64,000 nucleotides of DNA from Escherichia coli (GTDB lineage Bacteria > Pseudomonadota > Gammaproteobacteria > Enterobacterales > Enterobacteriaceae), in the NCBI RefSeq assembly GCF_030013595.1, contig NZ_CP122768.1, one strand, 5' to 3'. Both the position numbers and the translations under genes were made by a program. Shown here piece by piece: positions 20,749 through 31,100 of the stretch. The notes beneath the pieces were generated by a model. That model had not been told where the DNA came from. It did not search any database and saw nothing but the letters and a program-made list of their open reading frames with translations. How positions within the stretch are numbered: position 1 is the stretch's first letter; each line of letters starts with the position of its first letter.

Positions 20749-21501
20749 GTGAAAATCTGCTTAATTGATGAAACAGGCACCGGAGACGGTGCCTTATCTG
20801 TTCTGGCGGCCCGCTGGGGGCTGGAGCACGATGAAGACAACCTGATGGCGCTGGTGTTAACGCCGGAACATCTGGAATTGCGCAAGCGTGATGAGCCAAA
20901 ACTTGGCGGCATCTTTGTTGATTTTGTTGGCGGAGCGATGGCGCACCGACGCAAATTCGGCGGCGGACGTGGGGAGGCAGTGGCGAAAGCGGTGGGCATT
21001 AAAGGCGATTATTTGCCGGATGTGGTGGATGCCACTGCAGGACTTGGGCGCGATGCCTTTGTGCTGGCTTCAGTCGGCTGCCGCGTGCGGATGCTGGAGC
21101 GTAATCCAGTCGTTGCCGCATTGCTCGACGACGGCCTGGCGCGTGGTTATGCGGATGCGGAAATCGGCGGCTGGTTGCAGGAACGTTTGCAGTTAATTCA
21201 CGCTTCCAGCCTGACGGCGCTGACCGATATCACCCCGCGCCCGCAGGTGGTCTATCTCGATCCGATGTTCCCGCATAAGCAGAAAAGCGCGCTGGTGAAA
21301 AAAGAGATGCGCGTGTTCCAGTCGCTGGTGGGGCCGGATCTCGACGCTGATGGATTGCTGGAGCCTGCACGCTTGCTGGCGACCAAACGCGTGGTAGTAA
21401 AGCGCCCGGACTACGCGCCGCCGCTGGCGAATGTCGCCACGCCAAACGCGGTTGTCACCAAAGGGCATCGCTTTGATATTTATACAGGTACGCCGGTGTA
21501 A
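20749..21501 (+). CDS. rsmJ: 16S rRNA m2G1516 methyltransferase
   Basis: 250 aa from GTG start ([14 protein letters not shown]...) immediately after prlC. Confidence 0.8.
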   Translation: MKICLIDETGTGDGALSVLAARWGLEHDEDNLMALVLTPEHLELRKRDEPKLGGIFVDFVGGAMAHRRKFGGGRGEAVAKAVGIKGDYLPDVVDATAGLGRDAFVLASVGCRVRMLERNPVVAALLDDGLARGYADAEIGGWLQERLQLIHASSLTALTDITPRPQVVYLDPMFPHKQKSALVKKEMRVFQSLVGPDLDADGLLEPARLLATKRVVVKRPDYAPPLANVATPNAVVTKGHRFDIYTGTPV

Positions 21502-21505
21502 AAGT

Positions 21506-21537
21506 AAAGCAGGGTAGCGTTATCGCTACCCTGCTTT
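21506..21537. terminator. Bidirectional hairpin terminator between convergent rsmJ and dtpB
   Basis: aaagcagggtagcg-ttat-cgctaccctgcttt, perfect 14-bp stem. Confidence 0.6.
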
Positions 21538-21549
21538 CTGCAAGAATAA

Positions 21550-23019
21550 TTAATGGCTTTCGGGCGTCGCAATCATTCGTTTCAGCCACGGCACCATCAG
21601 CAGCATCACCACCGCAACGCCCAGCGTAACCAGGCCAATCTTACCAAACACGTTGGTATAGACGGGCAACGTCTCAAGCGGATCGGTAATGTTGTCTGGT
21701 ACTGCGGTAAATGTTGCCACATAGCCGCCCAGCAAGAACGCGGCAGCCTGCGTCAGGAACCACATCCCGAGAATAAAGCCCATCAAATGCTGCGGCACCA
21801 GGGCAGCAATCATCGCCAGACCCAGGGCGCTAATAAACAATTCACCCAGGCTCTGGAATAAGTAAACCAGCACAATAAACCACGGCGATGTCAGTCCTTG
21901 GGCATCCGCAAACCACATTCCCGCAGCTGCAGCCGTCAAAAAGCCCAGTGAGCACATAAACATGCCGAGAGTAAATTTCATCGGCATAGAGAGGTCTTTG
22001 CCTTTGTTACCCAGATGCGTGTAAATGCCTGCCAGTATTGGGCTGGCGAGTACCACCCAGAACGGGTTAAGCGCCTGGAAGCTGACCGGGTTGATGGAAA
22101 AGCCGAGAATTTCATGATGCACGTTGTTGATGGCAAAGAAGTTCAGCGACGTTGGCATCTGGGCGTAGAGAATGTAAAACACCACCGCTTCGAGCATCAG
22201 GACAAAGGCGACAAACATTTTATTGCGCCCGGTTTTATCCAGCTTGAATGCCTGACGAAAGAAAATGATGGTGACGACGATGGAGAGAACAATCAGCACC
22301 AGATTGGCGACTTCTACGTTGTGCATCAGCCATGCACAGACGAAGATCATCACCACGCTGCCAAGTAACACGTACAACAGTTTGCTGAAGCTCATCGGCC
22401 GGAAGTCGGGTTCAGAACCAATGTCTTTCACCATTCCGCGACAGGCGATGTAAACCAATAGCGCGATAATTAATCCCGCACCGCACAGGTTGTAGGTGAC
22501 TGAATAGCCGAATCTATCAGCGATCACAGGGGCCAGCGATAACGCTATCAACGAGCCGATGTTGATCGACATATAGAACAGGGTAAATGCGCCATCAAGC
22601 CGCGGATCTTTCGGCGGATAGCACTTCGAAAGCAAGCTGGCTGGGTTAGCTTTAAACAGGCCGTTACCGACAGCGATAGTCCCCAGGGCGATGAAAATCA
22701 GGTCAGGCTTAAGTAGCGACAGGCCGGTCATGAAGTAGCCAATCGCCAGCACAAGTGCTCCGAGAACAATGGTGCGTTTGGTCCCCAGCAGGTGGTCGCC
22801 GACATAGCCGCCAATGGAAATGAGGCCATAGACCAGCGCAGCAAAAGCACCAAAAGTGACAAAAGCCTGTTCTTGCGAGAATCCAAGCTGCTTAACGAAG
22901 AAAACCGCCAGTACGCCCTGCACGCCGTAGTAGCCGAATCGCTCCCATAACTCGACAAAAAAGATCATGAAAAATGGGCGAGGTTGCTGCAGCATCCCCA
23001 TGGGTGTTGTTGTATTCAT
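21550..23019 (-). CDS. dtpB: Dipeptide/tripeptide:H+ symporter (POT family)
   Basis: 489 aa MFS/POT transporter; N-terminus [32 protein letters not shown]. Confidence 0.9.
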   Translation of the reverse strand: MNTTTPMGMLQQPRPFFMIFFVELWERFGYYGVQGVLAVFFVKQLGFSQEQAFVTFGAFAALVYGLISIGGYVGDHLLGTKRTIVLGALVLAIGYFMTGLSLLKPDLIFIALGTIAVGNGLFKANPASLLSKCYPPKDPRLDGAFTLFYMSINIGSLIALSLAPVIADRFGYSVTYNLCGAGLIIALLVYIACRGMVKDIGSEPDFRPMSFSKLLYVLLGSVVMIFVCAWLMHNVEVANLVLIVLSIVVTIIFFRQAFKLDKTGRNKMFVAFVLMLEAVVFYILYAQMPTSLNFFAINNVHHEILGFSINPVSFQALNPFWVVLASPILAGIYTHLGNKGKDLSMPMKFTLGMFMCSLGFLTAAAAGMWFADAQGLTSPWFIVLVYLFQSLGELFISALGLAMIAALVPQHLMGFILGMWFLTQAAAFLLGGYVATFTAVPDNITDPLETLPVYTNVFGKIGLVTLGVAVVMLLMVPWLKRMIATPESH

Positions 23020-23287
23020 ATTTATTAACCTTCCAATACCATCCTGAAAAGTATGAACGCGTAAGGGATAACGCGCGAAAAAGTTTACATCTGTCAGAGA
23101 TTCTTAATATTGATGCGGTGAATAGATTAATACACTATTACAACAGAAAATAACCAGCTGATCACACTAATGATGGAAAATATGATGGTGTTAAATGTTG
23201 TATTGGCAGGGGATTTTGATTGCGTACGCAGACCGTAGGCCAGATAAGGTGTTTACGCTGCAAGGTAACAAGGCGCGCCAAAAAGCA

Positions 23288-23312
23288 AAACGCCCGCATA
23301 TGCGGGCGTTCA
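23288..23312 (-). terminator. Rho-independent terminator of uspA
   Basis: Hairpin cgcccgca-ta-tgcgggcg followed on the minus strand by a U-rich tract. Confidence 0.65.
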
Positions 23313-23334
23313 GGAACACGTCGTAGAGGGAAGA

Positions 23335-23769
23335 TTATTCTTCTTCGTCGCGCAGCGGAACAATCAGCATATCAACGTGAACGGTGTTGATCAGCTGACG
23401 TGCGGAAGACATCAGTTTGCTCCAGAAGTCCTGGTGGTGACCACAAACCACCAGATCCATATCATATTTCTTGATTGCATCGACCAGAACCTGGCCCAGG
23501 TCGCCGCTGCCGCTCAGGGTTTCAGTGATTGGGTAGCCTGCATTAGTGGAAAGCTCGGTCAGCGCATGATGTGTCTCTTCAGAGATGCGTTTCTGCATAT
23601 CACCCAGATTCACATCAATAAGCCCGGTGTATAGGTCAGAGTAGTTTACATCTACGTGGATCAGAGAAACTTTCGCATTATAGGGGCGAGCCATAGAGAC
23701 TGCTTTCTCTACCAGAACTTTGCTTTCCGGGGAGAGATCGACCGCGATGAGAATGTGTTTATAAGCCAT
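23335..23769 (-). CDS. uspA: Universal stress protein A
   Basis: 144 aa [27 protein letters not shown]... Confidence 0.95.
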
Positions 23770-24159
23770 AGTGTTACTCCTTCCATAAAGTTGTCGATGA
23801 CTGGCCAGCTAGCGTTTCTTGTGCCGTTACGTCACCCGCGTCCTGCGAACTACGTGCGCGGGGCTAACCCAGCCGTAAAGATTCAGTGTTAAGACCATCC
23901 TTACCTTATAGCGACCCGGATGATCCGTCAATCCGCCTTGCTTACCCGTTAGATAAACAAATTTTCGACATGAATATATTGATAGTGGTTAACCTTCTGG
24001 AAAAAAAACAACCTGATCTCCTACACTATCTATAGAGCCGCTCGGATGTTGGTCACCACAAAAGCGGTTTCTCCAGGACCTGGTGTTAACTGATTGGCAG
24101 CGTATCGGGAGCGGTAGCCCCGGGGTGGAACTCCGCGGGCAGGTCGCCGGGGAGGAGGT

Positions 24160-24495
24160 ATGATAAGCACCGTCGCATTATTTTGGGCTTTATGTGTCGT
24201 TTGCATTGTTAACATGGCGCGCTATTTCTCATCACTACGCGCGTTGTTAGTGGTACTGCGTAACTGCGATCCATTGCTCTATCAATATGTTGATGGAGGG
24301 GGCTTTTTTACCTCACATGGCCAACCCAACAAACAGGTGCGTCTCGTTTGGTATATCTATGCCCAACGTTATCGCGATCATCACGATGATGAGTTTATTC
24401 GCCGCTGTGAGCGGGTGCGTCGGCAGTTTATTCTGACCAGCGCATTGTGTGGTCTGGTGGTGGTCAGTCTGATTGCATTGATGATTTGGCATTAA
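24160..24495 (+). CDS. uspB: Universal stress protein B (small membrane protein)
   Basis: 111 aa, two hydrophobic segments; divergent from uspA. Confidence 0.9.
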
Positions 24496-24520
24496 GCAAT
24501 TCAGCAAAAATAACGCATAA

Positions 24521-24556
24521 AAAAAGCGGGCCAGTAAACTGACCCGCTCGTTTTGG
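24521..24556. terminator. Bidirectional terminator between convergent uspB and pitA
   Basis: Hairpin agcgggccagt-aaact-gacccgct flanked by A-run upstream and T-run downstream. Confidence 0.55.
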
Positions 24557-24565
24557 TGCGTGCGA

Positions 24566-26065
24566 TTACAGGAACTGCAAGGAGAGCCAGTACAGCCCGC
24601 CGGAAAGCAGTACCGCAGCTGGAAGGGTAAACACCCAGGCCATCAGAATACTGGTCACGGTTTTACGCTGTAAGCCGCCGCCATCTACCACCATCGTCCC
24701 CGCGACAGAAGAGGAGAGTACGTGAGTGGTGGAAACCGGCATCCCGGTATAACTCGCCAGGCCGATGGACACTGCCGCCGTCATCTGGGCAGACATCCCC
24801 TGAGCGTAGGTCATGCCTTTCTTACCGATTTTCTCACCGATAGTCGTTGCCACACGACGCCAGCCAATCATCGTACCGATACCTAACGCCAGCGCGACCG
24901 CCATGATGATCCACACCGGTGCATACTCGATGGTGCTAAGCATGTCGGACTTCAGTTTCTTCAACAGGCGCTGATCGTCAGCACTCACGCCAGGCATCTT
25001 CACCACTTTGTCGATAGTGTCAGAAACGCACAGCATAATGCGGCGCATCTGGCTACGTTGATCAAGCGACAGCTTGTCGTAGCTTTCCACATCGGTAGTC
25101 AACATGCCTTTCAGGCGGTTGAGCGCGTTAATGGTATTCGACGGATGGCAATGGAACTCCGCGGGTTGCGTTACGCCAGCTTCCGGAGCCGGTACTAACT
25201 GATCAGCACCGGTAGCCTGTTTCAGCAGCGCAGGATGCTGCTCAAAGTAAGCTTCGACGTTGTTGATGGCATCACGGGTACGGGTGATTTCGTAGCCAGT
25301 GGCATTCATGTTCACCACGAAGCCTGCTGGCGCGACGCCAATCAATACCAACATAACCAGACCAATGCCTTTCTGACCATCGTTCGCGCCGTGCGAAAAC
25401 GCCACGCCGATAGCGGAAAGGATCAGCGCAATACGCGTCCAGAACGGCGGCTTTTTCTTGCCGTCTTTCTTTTCACGCTCCGCTGGGGTCAGGTGGATAC
25501 GGGCGCGTTTCTTGGTGCCGCTCCAGTAGCGACGCAGCAAGAAAATCAGACCGCCAGCAAACACCAGGCCGACAATAGGGGAAACGATCAGAGAACCGAA
25601 AATACTTAATACTTTCGGGATATTGAGTGCATCCACCACTGACGTCCCGGTCATCAACGCATTGGTTAAACCAATCCCGATGATCGCGCCAATCAGCGTA
25701 TGAGAGCTGGATGCAGGTAAACCAAAGTACCAGGTACCCAGGTTCCAGATAATCGCCGCCAGCAACATAGAGAACACCATGGCAAGGCCATGAGACGATC
25801 CCATATTAAGCAGCAGATCCGTCGGCAGCATATGCACAATGGCATAGGCAACACTCAGACCACCCAGCAAAACACCCAAAAAGTTGAATACCGCCGCCAT
25901 AACCACGGCGAGCTGAGAACGCATCGCGCGGGTATAGATAACGGTTGCCACGGCGTTGGCTGTGTCATGGAAACCATTGATGGCTTCGTAGAACAGCACA
26001 AAAGCCAGTGCAAGCAATAATAACAGCCCGGTATGCAAATCCAGGCCAGCAAACAAATGTAGCAT
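24566..26065 (-). CDS. pitA: Low-affinity inorganic phosphate transporter
   Basis: 499 aa PiT-family membrane protein with [12 protein letters not shown] motifs. Confidence 0.95.
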   Translation of the reverse strand: MLHLFAGLDLHTGLLLLLALAFVLFYEAINGFHDTANAVATVIYTRAMRSQLAVVMAAVFNFLGVLLGGLSVAYAIVHMLPTDLLLNMGSSHGLAMVFSMLLAAIIWNLGTWYFGLPASSSHTLIGAIIGIGLTNALMTGTSVVDALNIPKVLSIFGSLIVSPIVGLVFAGGLIFLLRRYWSGTKKRARIHLTPAEREKKDGKKKPPFWTRIALILSAIGVAFSHGANDGQKGIGLVMLVLIGVAPAGFVVNMNATGYEITRTRDAINNVEAYFEQHPALLKQATGADQLVPAPEAGVTQPAEFHCHPSNTINALNRLKGMLTTDVESYDKLSLDQRSQMRRIMLCVSDTIDKVVKMPGVSADDQRLLKKLKSDMLSTIEYAPVWIIMAVALALGIGTMIGWRRVATTIGEKIGKKGMTYAQGMSAQMTAAVSIGLASYTGMPVSTTHVLSSSVAGTMVVDGGGLQRKTVTSILMAWVFTLPAAVLLSGGLYWLSLQFL

Positions 26066-26296
26066 AGGACGTTACGCCATTTTGAGGACATGAACGCGGC
26101 GCATTATCAGTGACTTTCGCGGCGCGGGCAAAGTGAAATATAGACTTTTTTTGATTTGCCTCCTGTATGGATTTCACTCAAAAAATAATTATCTTATATA
26201 ATTCAGGCAAATACTTCCTTTTAGTAATATTGATGCTGGTGCGACCACTGAGGAATCTTTACAATTCACGCCCGTTTTTTCTTAGAGGAGCGCAAC

Positions 26297-27499
26297 GTGG
26301 AAAGGTTTGATGCCATTATTATAGGCGCTGGTGCGGCGGGTATGTTCTGTTCTGCGCTGGCAGGTCAGGCAGGGCGCCGGGTTCTGCTGATCGATAATGG
26401 TAAAAAACCAGGGCGCAAAATCCTCATGTCTGGCGGTGGGCGCTGCAACTTTACCAATCTTTATGTCGAACCGGGCGCTTATCTGAGCCAGAATCCGCAT
26501 TTTTGTAAATCTGCACTCGCGCGTTTTACCCAGTGGGATTTCATTGATCTGGTCAATAAACACGGCATCACCTGGCACGAGAAAACGTTAGGGCAACTCT
26601 TCTGCGATGACTCCGCGCAGCAGATTGTCGACATGCTGGTGGATGAGTGCGAGAAGGGCAATGTGGCCTTCAGATTGCGTAGCGAAGTGCTGAGTGTGGC
26701 GAAGGATGAAACAGGCTTCACGCTTGAACTGAACGGCATGACTGTCGGTTGCGAAAAGCTGGTCATCGCGACCGGTGGACTGTCAATGCCGGGGCTGGGC
26801 GCGTCGCCGTTTGGTTATAAGATTGCCGAACAATTTGGCCTCAACGTGCTGCCGACCCGCGCGGGCCTGGTGCCATTCACTCTGCATAAACCGTTGCTCG
26901 AAGAGTTACAGGTGCTGGCGGGCGTGGCGGTACCTTCCGTGATTACCGCTGAAAACGGCACCGTTTTCCGTGAGAACTTACTCTTCACCCACCGCGGCTT
27001 ATCTGGACCGGCGGTGTTGCAAATTTCCAGCTACTGGCAACCGGGTGAATTTGTCAGTATCAATCTGCTACCGGATGTGGACCTCGAAACCTTCCTGAAT
27101 GAGCAGCGTAATGCACATCCGAATCAGAGCCTGAAAAACACTCTGGCGGTTCATCTACCGAAGCGGTTGGTTGAACGTTTACAACAACTCGGGCAAATCC
27201 CGGATGTCTCGCTAAAACAGCTCAACGTGCGTGACCAACAGGCACTGATTAGCACATTGACCGACTGGCGCGTACAACCCAACGGCACTGAAGGCTATCG
27301 CACTGCCGAAGTGACGCTCGGCGGCGTGGACACCAACGAACTCTCTTCACGGACGATGGAAGCGCGCAAAGTGCCTGGGCTGTACTTCATCGGCGAAGTG
27401 ATGGACGTCACCGGCTGGCTGGGGGGCTATAACTTCCAGTGGGCGTGGTCGAGTGCATGGGCTTGTGCGCAGGATTTGATTGCAGCGAAGTCGTCCTGA
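26297..27499 (+). CDS. yhiN: HI0933-family flavoprotein (NAD(FAD)-utilizing dehydrogenase)
   Basis: 400 aa; N-terminal FAD-binding IIGAGAAG motif. Confidence 0.85.
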   Translation: MERFDAIIIGAGAAGMFCSALAGQAGRRVLLIDNGKKPGRKILMSGGGRCNFTNLYVEPGAYLSQNPHFCKSALARFTQWDFIDLVNKHGITWHEKTLGQLFCDDSAQQIVDMLVDECEKGNVAFRLRSEVLSVAKDETGFTLELNGMTVGCEKLVIATGGLSMPGLGASPFGYKIAEQFGLNVLPTRAGLVPFTLHKPLLEELQVLAGVAVPSVITAENGTVFRENLLFTHRGLSGPAVLQISSYWQPGEFVSINLLPDVDLETFLNEQRNAHPNQSLKNTLAVHLPKRLVERLQQLGQIPDVSLKQLNVRDQQALISTLTDWRVQPNGTEGYRTAEVTLGGVDTNELSSRTMEARKVPGLYFIGEVMDVTGWLGGYNFQWAWSSAWACAQDLIAAKSS

Positions 27500-27761
27500 G
27501 CTATTTCCTAAAGATGAAAATTATTAGAGTCGCATTAAAAATGAGCTAATTTTGATAGTGGTTATCTTGTGATTATTTTCTAATGAGCCTGTGAACTGAA
27601 ACCCTCCAGGCTTAACATAAGGTGGAAGGAAAGGTGATTGAAAACTCACCCAGTGGCCAGATCTTTATAAAATATGAACAGGCTGAAAAAATCAGCAACT
27701 TTGCTGTTTTTTTATACTTAACCACTATGCATTAATGCTGCGTTATTTCATGATACCTAAG

Positions 27762-27798
27762 AAAAACCAGCGTTACGCAAATAATCAACGCTGGTTTT
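27762..27798 (-). terminator. Terminator hairpin downstream of yhiM
   Basis: accagcgtt-N12-aacgctggt followed on the minus strand by a U-run. Confidence 0.5.
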
Positions 27799-27814
27799 AA
27801 CCGGTACGTTGCAA

Positions 27815-28867
27815 TTATTTTTTAGCAGAACCCGCTTCTAATATTGAAACGATTGAGAACAACGTAAAGCATACCGCTCCCAAACCGACCAGAACCCGCG
27901 AAGGAATAAAATACCCTATGTCGGTCTGCGCCATTTCCGCAAGAAACGATGCCAGGAAAAGGCAAAACAGGCAGGTGAAGACGGGAATCATCGGTATTCT
28001 GTTGGCTAACGAACAGGTACGTCTCCAGACCAGTGCCAGTAGCCAGACTTTTGAGAATATGCTGTAACAGATCATTCCGAGGCAAATGAGGATAATGCCG
28101 GGAGCCAGTCGGGCGCTTGCATCGGAGCTGACTAACACGTATATGCCCTGCAGCACCGTGATTGAGCCGAGAATAATAACCCAATAACACCACAGCCAGT
28201 GCTCTTTGGATGAGAACGTATTACGTGTTTGATGGACGATTGTGGCAACAAGGCCAATTAGACAGGCACAGATTGCGGTTAACCCAAGCAATACGTGACC
28301 GGCGACATAATGCGGAGTTATGTCGGCACTACGTAACAGCGTAATAGACCAAATGAAACCGAGCAGGGTGAGTAAAACGGGAACGGCAATGAGGCAATTA
28401 CCGATTAATGACGAATAAGCCTGTACCGGTGTTCCATCGCTCTTGCTCCCTGCTGCGTTTTTGGGAATGAGCAGAAAGTGACCGGATGACGCTGCCACTG
28501 TCGATACACAGGCGGCAATCATACCAACGCCAAAAATAACATGGCCGGCAACAAACTCGTCTGCCATCACATCATTGCCTGCTAACAGTGCCCAACCCCA
28601 TATCATGGTGATAATTGACCCCGCATAGCCAATAATGGGGAACAATGTATTGTAAAACGTATTAACGCCGCGCGTGAGCTGCGAAATGATAATAAATGCG
28701 GTAGTGAATAATGCCAGGCATATGGCTGCCAGAGAAATCAGCACATGACCCGCGACGAAATACTCACTTTGCCCAGAACTTTCCAGCACAAAGCCACCTA
28801 ACGCGATACAAATTAAGCCCATAATTAAAGGGATTAATTTGAAAAGCCACCCGATATATATGTTCAC
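27815..28867 (-). CDS. yhiM: Inner membrane protein YhiM (acid resistance associated)
   Basis: 350 aa from GTG start; multiple repeated FVAGHV membrane segments. Confidence 0.8.
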   Translation of the reverse strand: MNIYIGWLFKLIPLIMGLICIALGGFVLESSGQSEYFVAGHVLISLAAICLALFTTAFIIISQLTRGVNTFYNTLFPIIGYAGSIITMIWGWALLAGNDVMADEFVAGHVIFGVGMIAACVSTVAASSGHFLLIPKNAAGSKSDGTPVQAYSSLIGNCLIAVPVLLTLLGFIWSITLLRSADITPHYVAGHVLLGLTAICACLIGLVATIVHQTRNTFSSKEHWLWCYWVIILGSITVLQGIYVLVSSDASARLAPGIILICLGMICYSIFSKVWLLALVWRRTCSLANRIPMIPVFTCLFCLFLASFLAEMAQTDIGYFIPSRVLVGLGAVCFTLFSIVSILEAGSAKK

Positions 28868-29249
28868 TTTAAACTCCTCAGGTATCCCTGCTAATATTGA
28901 AATGTGCATTAATGATAATTTCAGCCTGTTAATATAATGACGAGATATCATTAAAGACAAATGCATAGCATAACTATAGCGGGATTTACTTTGCAGAGCG
29001 CTACTTTTCAGCGTTCAAAAGGCCATGGTAAATAAATATTTATCCTAAGATTAATTCTTATTCTGTTGTTTTTTACAATTATCTTCCAGGGAGGGATTCT
29101 TTTTCATTATTTGGTAAAAGACCGGATGGTATCGGTGCTTAAAATCATCGAACATATAAGTATTATTGCTTTGTATCATCGTAAAAATGTCTTTCAGACA
29201 TGTGTCATTTATTTTGTTACTAACAAGTCAAAAATATCATGGGTTATTT

Positions 29250-30839
29250 ATGAAAGTATTTCACAATATATTTAAGCACATCTCTTCAAACCATCAAGAT
29301 AAGCATCCAGATAAAGTTAACAGTCATCAACACCATGGCAAGGTTGATAAAAAACATCGTTCAAAGATAGTTGAAATTGATAAGCTGGATAAACATTCGC
29401 AAATAGATAACGATTTTGGCCTGCATATCATCTATTTCCTGCAACATGGCTGCTGGAACGTAACTGAACATAGTCCTCAGATAGAAAAACTATGGTTTTA
29501 CAATAGTGAGCCATCTATAGATATTAAAGAATATAATAGTTTCGCCGATAATACTACTGACACGTTTATCTTTACAATTATACCAGACAATAACCATGTG
29601 ATAAAATTATCGTCTCCCATTACCGTTACGATTGAGCGAAAGGACGGTTATTATTTTATTAATTTCTCCGGGGATAAATCTGACATAATTTATAAAGTTG
29701 GTGGGTTTTCTATCATAGAGAGAAATTTCTTTACTCTTCTTAGTGGTAATTTCAAACCTGACTGGCGTTGGGCTGTCTCTAAAGAGACGTTTACTAAGGA
29801 AAAGTTTGATAGCTATGTTGAATCTGTTTTTTCAAAAATAGACTTTTATAAACAGTGTGGTGTGATTAACCCAAAAAATCCCAACACGGCTTATTTTGGC
29901 GATACAGATGGAAGAGTGGGCGCTGTACTTTATGCATTGCTCGTTTCAGGGCATATAGGCATCAGGGGAGAGGGGTGGAGTTTATTATGTCAATTATTAA
30001 AACACGAAGACATGGCTTCATTCGCATATGAAAATAAAAAATTGAAAAAACTCTTCACTTTATTAGATACGAGAGACATGATCTTGAATGAGTTGCATCA
30101 ACATGTTTTTTTAAAAGGCGATGCGATTACCCCTTGTATCTTCCTTGGGGATCATACAGGCGATAGATTTAGTACTATTTTTGGTGATAAATATATCCTT
30201 ACTTTGCTAAATTCTATGCGAAATATGGAGGGTAATAAAGATAGTCGTATAAATAAAAATGTCGTCGTTCTGGCTGGAAATCATGAAATCAATTTTAATG
30301 GTAACTATAGTGCACGACTAGCAAATCATAAACTCTCTTCCGGTGATACATATAACTTAATTAAAACGCTCGATGTTTGTAATTATGACTCAGAAACGAA
30401 AGTTTTAACCAGTCATCACGGAATAATAAGAAATGAAGAAAATGAATGTTATTGTCTAGGTGCTTTGCAGGTTCCATTTAATCAGATGAAAGACCCAATT
30501 GATCCTGAGGAATTAGCAAATATATTTAATAAAAAACATAAACAACACATGGATGATCGTCTTATCCATCTAATTAGAAGCAATGCTATAGCATCCACAC
30601 CTGTATATGACAATTATTTTAATAACACTACTGCTTTCAGACCAAAACCTGAAGATATCTTCAAATGTGGACAGACGCTCAAAAAAAGTAAACAGAAATA
30701 TGGCCATTATGGATTAGGGGTAGATCAGCATCAAAAAATTGATAATTATACCATGGGGCTAAATTCCTGGAAGATAGCACCTAACGAACGTGGTGATAAA
30801 AAAGGTGTCCCAGGGCTTAGTTGTTTTCAATCTCATTAA
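29250..30839 (+). CDS. DUF4049-family protein, intact YhiL/YhiK-type; paralog of YhiJ
   Basis: 529 aa AT-rich ORF (start trimmed to MKVFHNIFKH); shares YFGDTDGxVGAVLYAL, FLGDxTGDRFS, LAGNHE and HHGI motifs with yhiJ. Confidence 0.7.
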   Translation: MKVFHNIFKHISSNHQDKHPDKVNSHQHHGKVDKKHRSKIVEIDKLDKHSQIDNDFGLHIIYFLQHGCWNVTEHSPQIEKLWFYNSEPSIDIKEYNSFADNTTDTFIFTIIPDNNHVIKLSSPITVTIERKDGYYFINFSGDKSDIIYKVGGFSIIERNFFTLLSGNFKPDWRWAVSKETFTKEKFDSYVESVFSKIDFYKQCGVINPKNPNTAYFGDTDGRVGAVLYALLVSGHIGIRGEGWSLLCQLLKHEDMASFAYENKKLKKLFTLLDTRDMILNELHQHVFLKGDAITPCIFLGDHTGDRFSTIFGDKYILTLLNSMRNMEGNKDSRINKNVVVLAGNHEINFNGNYSARLANHKLSSGDTYNLIKTLDVCNYDSETKVLTSHHGIIRNEENECYCLGALQVPFNQMKDPIDPEELANIFNKKHKQHMDDRLIHLIRSNAIASTPVYDNYFNNTTAFRPKPEDIFKCGQTLKKSKQKYGHYGLGVDQHQKIDNYTMGLNSWKIAPNERGDKKGVPGLSCFQSH

Positions 30840-31100
30840 AACTCCATGAATACGGTGGTATATCTTTTTAATCCTGCCAGTATTTCATAGTTTTTCTTAA
30901 TCGATTGTAGAGGCATGTTCTGATGACGCCTCTACAATCTTTAGGGACTTTCTCTACTATGAGATAAGAAATTTCATATTATGCTTTAAGGCTGAATGAT
31001 TTGTGCAAAATATAATTATTTTTCCATCGAACATGAGGTGTTTGTCATAAGATTAAATGATAACTATGTATTCCTCGCGGTGAATTGTATGAGGTAAAAG

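Noticed and set aside
23200-23280. Possible REP element downstream of uspA
   Set aside because: Only a partial match (gtaggccagataagg...) to the REP consensus; the adjacent perfect hairpin is better explained as the uspA terminator.
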